DNA of 64,000 nucleotides from a bacterium (GTDB lineage Bacteria; Bacillota_I; Bacilli_A; RF39; UBA660): NCBI GenBank assembly GCA_963641945.1, contig CAVIDW010000001.1, positions 31,136 to 95,135 of the forward strand, read 5' to 3'. Shown piece by piece: positions 61,098 to 64,000 of this stretch (position 1 is its first letter; each line of letters starts with the position of its first letter). The notes under the pieces were generated by a model. It saw only the letters and a program-made list of their open reading frames with translations, ran no database searches and was not told where the DNA came from. The position numbers and the translations under genes were made by a program.

Positions 61098-62702
61098 TTG
61101 ATAATAAAAAAACCATATGCTTTTTTGATAAAAAACTTTAGAATCATTCATGGTTTTCTTTTTGCTATGGTTTTATATCTATCAATTAAATCTTTTAATA
61201 TATATACATTTTTCAGTGAGTATGTAACTAATCACTTTTTTGTGTCATCTGATTCTTTGGCATCGTCATACATAAATTACTTTATGTTTGGTGCTTCATT
61301 ATTGACTATACTTGTTGGGGCTTTAATATATTATTTGTTATCGTTAAAGAATAAATCAAGAAAAGAATATATGTATATTTGTATATATTATTCTATAATA
61401 TTTGTATATTTTATATTTATGTTTTCTGTATTTCAGAAACTTCAATATTCTACGATAGATATAGAAACAGTAAGAGCATATAGAGATATATCTGTTATGG
61501 CTTTATTGCCACAGTTGGTTTTTTTGTTTATAACACTTGGTAGAACTTTAGGATTTAATATTAAACAATTTGATTTTAAGAAGGATTTAGAGGGTTTAGA
61601 CATTGATTCTAGTGATTCAGAGGAAGTTGAGTTAACTCTTAGTTCTAATAGTTATAAATATGCTAGAAGTGCTAGAAAAGCATTTAGACTATTAAAATAT
61701 TTTATTCTTGAAAATAAGTTTTTTGTAATAGTATTTTCTTCAATTATAGCATTAGTTGTTTCTCTTACAATATTTATGAAAATCAATGTATATCAGGCAA
61801 CTTATGCTCAACAGCAATTAATTTTAGCTAATTCTATTTGGTATCAAGTAAATGATGTTTACATTACTAATATTAATATGTCTAATAAAGTTATATTTGA
61901 TGATAAGTATTTTGTTTTAGTAAAGGTTAATGCCAAAAATAAATTAAATAAAGAGATAACTTTAACCAGAGATACTTTTAGATTAAAACTTGATGATGAA
62001 TTAATAATACCTAATTTTAACTATTCTGTGGAATTTTTAGATATTGGAGAAACTTTTGTTCCAGTAACACTAGAACCTGGAGAAGATAAAGATTTTGTTG
62101 TTGTTTTTCAAGTTGAAGAGTCTAAATTGGCTATTGATTATATATTTAGAATTAAGAATTTTGAAAGTGGTACAATTGGTCAAATTGATTCCCCTTATAA
62201 AGATATTGTTATAAAACCCGTTACTTTAAATGGTAATGAAGATGTTGGCACTTATAAAATACCTAATGATATAGTTTTAGATAAGACATTACTAAAAAAT
62301 ACTAAATTGAGTATTAAATCTTATGAAATCTCTAATATATTTAGAGAATATTATAAATATGATTTTGGCGGTGTGACTCAAACTGGAACATATATTGTTA
62401 AACCTCAATCTACTAGTAGTGGAAGCAAAAGTGTTCTTAAGATAACTGGTACGATGGAAGTTGATAGTTCTGCTGGATTAGATCGTTATATCAAAATACC
62501 TTCTGATTTATATAAGTATTATGGCATTATTAAATATAGTAGTTATGGTAATGTTAAATCAACTTATTTAACGCCAATTAAAGTTGATTATTATGATGAT
62601 GAGTATTCTTATTTTGAAGTTCCTTCTGATATGGAAAATGCTAATAAGATACAGTTATTTCTATTAATAAGAGGCTATAGATATACAATTAACTTAAAAT
62701 AG
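61098..62702 (+). CDS. hypothetical polytopic membrane protein with large extracytoplasmic C-terminal domain
   Basis: About 535 aa from the TTG at 61098, 9 nt after a GGAG. 5-6 TM helices, then a beta-rich domain. Confidence 0.5.
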   Translation: MIIKKPYAFLIKNFRIIHGFLFAMVLYLSIKSFNIYTFFSEYVTNHFFVSSDSLASSYINYFMFGASLLTILVGALIYYLLSLKNKSRKEYMYICIYYSIIFVYFIFMFSVFQKLQYSTIDIETVRAYRDISVMALLPQLVFLFITLGRTLGFNIKQFDFKKDLEGLDIDSSDSEEVELTLSSNSYKYARSARKAFRLLKYFILENKFFVIVFSSIIALVVSLTIFMKINVYQATYAQQQLILANSIWYQVNDVYITNINMSNKVIFDDKYFVLVKVNAKNKLNKEITLTRDTFRLKLDDELIIPNFNYSVEFLDIGETFVPVTLEPGEDKDFVVVFQVEESKLAIDYIFRIKNFESGTIGQIDSPYKDIVIKPVTLNGNEDVGTYKIPNDIVLDKTLLKNTKLSIKSYEISNIFREYYKYDFGGVTQTGTYIVKPQSTSSGSKSVLKITGTMEVDSSAGLDRYIKIPSDLYKYYGIIKYSSYGNVKSTYLTPIKVDYYDDEYSYFEVPSDMENANKIQLFLLIRGYRYTINLK

Positions 62703-62722
62703 TTCGTTTTGAACTATTTTTT
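62699..62722 (+). terminator. rho-independent terminator
   Basis: Stem ATAGTTC/GAACTAT, loop GTTTT, then T5. Overlaps the stop codon. Confidence 0.55.
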
Positions 62723-62814
62723 GTTTTAAATTAATCATTTTTTCATATAATAATACTATAAAAGAATAAATTTTATTGAAATAAATTTTTATTTATGTTA
62801 TCATTAAAACACAT

Positions 62815-62888
62815 GGAGCCATAGCCAAGTGGTAAGGCACAGGTCTGCAACACCTCCATCGTCGGTTCAAATCCGACTGGCTCCTCCA
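62815..62888 (+). tRNA. tRNA-Cys (anticodon GCA)
   Basis: 74 nt including an encoded CCA. The acceptor stem GGAGCC/GGCTCC, D-arm AGTGGTAA, anticodon loop CTGCAAC and T-arm GGTTCAAATCC were folded by hand. Confidence 0.85.
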
Positions 62889-62995
62889 TTGTGAAATCTG
62901 TCTGAACTTTTATGGTTAGGACTTAAATATATAAGTATCAATTTCTAAAAGAAGTTGGTACTTTTTTAATGTTTAAGTTAGAAAGGATAGATCTA

Positions 62996-63172
62996 ATGAT
63001 TAGTATTACTACTAAAGAATTAGAAATTGAAATTGATTTAAAAAAGAAAATTTAAATTCGTGATAATAAAGTCAAAGAACTAGAGTATGATTTAGATATT
63101 GCAGATACTATCGATGAATTAGAAGATAAAATAACAGCACTTGAATCAGCACTAAATTATTTTAAAAAATAA
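62996..63172 (+). pseudogene. coiled-coil small ORF interrupted by an in-frame TAA (possible pseudogene)
   Basis: RBS AAAGGA 8 nt upstream of the ATG at 62996. The ORF reads MISITTKELEIEIDLKKKI, then a TAA at 63053-63055, then continues in frame as IRDNKVKELEYDLDIADTIDELEDKITALESALNYFKK. Confidence 0.3.
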
Positions 63173-63546
63173 TGGTAGGAGTTTATAAAATTTTTACAAG
63201 ATAAATTTTTTCTACAAATAAATATGATGATATAATAAACGAACCATATAATGAAAAAATATTAAATGATAATGATGTTGACTTTATACAAAATAATAAA
63301 AGCAATGAATATGAAATATAAATCAATATCAAAGTATGTGAAAATACGATTTAACTGTTGGTTTTTTAGAATAAAGGTGATAGTATACAAGCCAAGAGAA
63401 ACAATATATAACAATTTGTTGTATACTATTGAATAAATTAAGATGTATTTATTGTTCCTTTACCATATAAGGATGGTGGTTGAAAATAATTTTTACTTTA
63501 TTTAATTTGTAAGTTTTTATAATATAAAATAAGGAGAGTGATATAT

Positions 63547-63870
63547 ATGGCAAGAAAAACTTTATCAGATTTTGATTATGATTATCAAGCATATGCAGAT
63601 TATTTAGAATCACCACAATGTTTGCAAGATGATGGCGTAGATGTTTATGCAGAAGGTAGAAATGTTTATACACCTACTGATGGAGATTGGACAAAAGGAC
63701 ATGAACATTATGTTGATAATTCTGGACTAAATAAGCCAGATTATAACAGAGATGCCAATGATGAAAAATCAAAAGGCAGACCATGGTACAACAAATGGTT
63801 AAAATATGCAGAAAAATTAAATTTAACACCAGAAGAAGTTGAATTTTTAACATTATATACATACAAATAA
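63547..63870 (+). CDS. hypothetical small protein
   Basis: 107 aa from the ATG at 63547, 10 nt after RBS AAGGAG. Hydrophilic, Asp/Tyr-rich, no motifs. Confidence 0.4.
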   Translation: MARKTLSDFDYDYQAYADYLESPQCLQDDGVDVYAEGRNVYTPTDGDWTKGHEHYVDNSGLNKPDYNRDANDEKSKGRPWYNKWLKYAEKLNLTPEEVEFLTLYTYK

Positions 63871-64000
63871 ACTAACGAATTAGAAGAAGTTAAAACGTTA
63901 TCAAAAATAAGATAAGATAATATATAAAATAAAGTAGAAATTAAATTATATGGAGACCATATTAAAAATCATTTATGATAGATCAATTAAAAATAAAATT

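Overview
This window is the chromosomal replication-origin neighbourhood of a very AT-rich (roughly 25-30% GC by eye) Gram-positive bacterium that uses the standard code. The conserved core runs leftwards from the origin as rpmH-rnpA-yidC-jag-mnmE-mnmG-rsmG-parB, and rightwards as dnaA-dnaN-(comK-like)-recF-gyrB-gyrA. After gyrA come an SRP RNA candidate, tadA, dnaX, ybaB, recR, holB, a PSP1/RicT-like gene, a tRNA m6A methyltransferase, rsmI, pth, mfd, a SpoVT-like regulator, tatD, a 3D-domain protein and rsmA. Sporulation-type genes follow (yabG, veg, spoVG, yabP, yabQ, divIC), then tilS, ftsH and tsaB-rimI-tsaD, so this is a sporulating or formerly sporulating low-GC Firmicute. Every CDS call rests on reading motifs in the supplied translations; none was checked against a database.

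Features that look accessory or unusual:
- Four orphan genes totalling about 3 kb sit between rpmH and the DnaA-box cluster upstream of dnaA.
- A ComK-family gene sits between dnaN and recF, preceded by three helically phased TTCGACAA repeats that match the reverse complement of the Spo0A box TGTCGAA.
- A 1.1-kb non-coding array between gyrA and the SRP RNA carries nine copies of an 18-bp near-palindrome, ATGTTYCACGTGRAACAT, each followed by a DnaA-box-like 9-mer; two of those 9-mers are perfect TGTGGATAA.
- Two tandem hybrid histidine kinases are present, and the second has Tyr in place of the phospho-accepting His.
- A six-gene envelope and secreted cluster is present: a Cys-rich protein with a pilin-like N-terminus, a DsbA-like CPHC thioredoxin, a LysM protein and membrane proteins. 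It ends at a tRNA-Cys, after which a stop-interrupted ORF suggests an integration remnant.

No CRISPR array, rRNA gene or recognisable transposase was seen.
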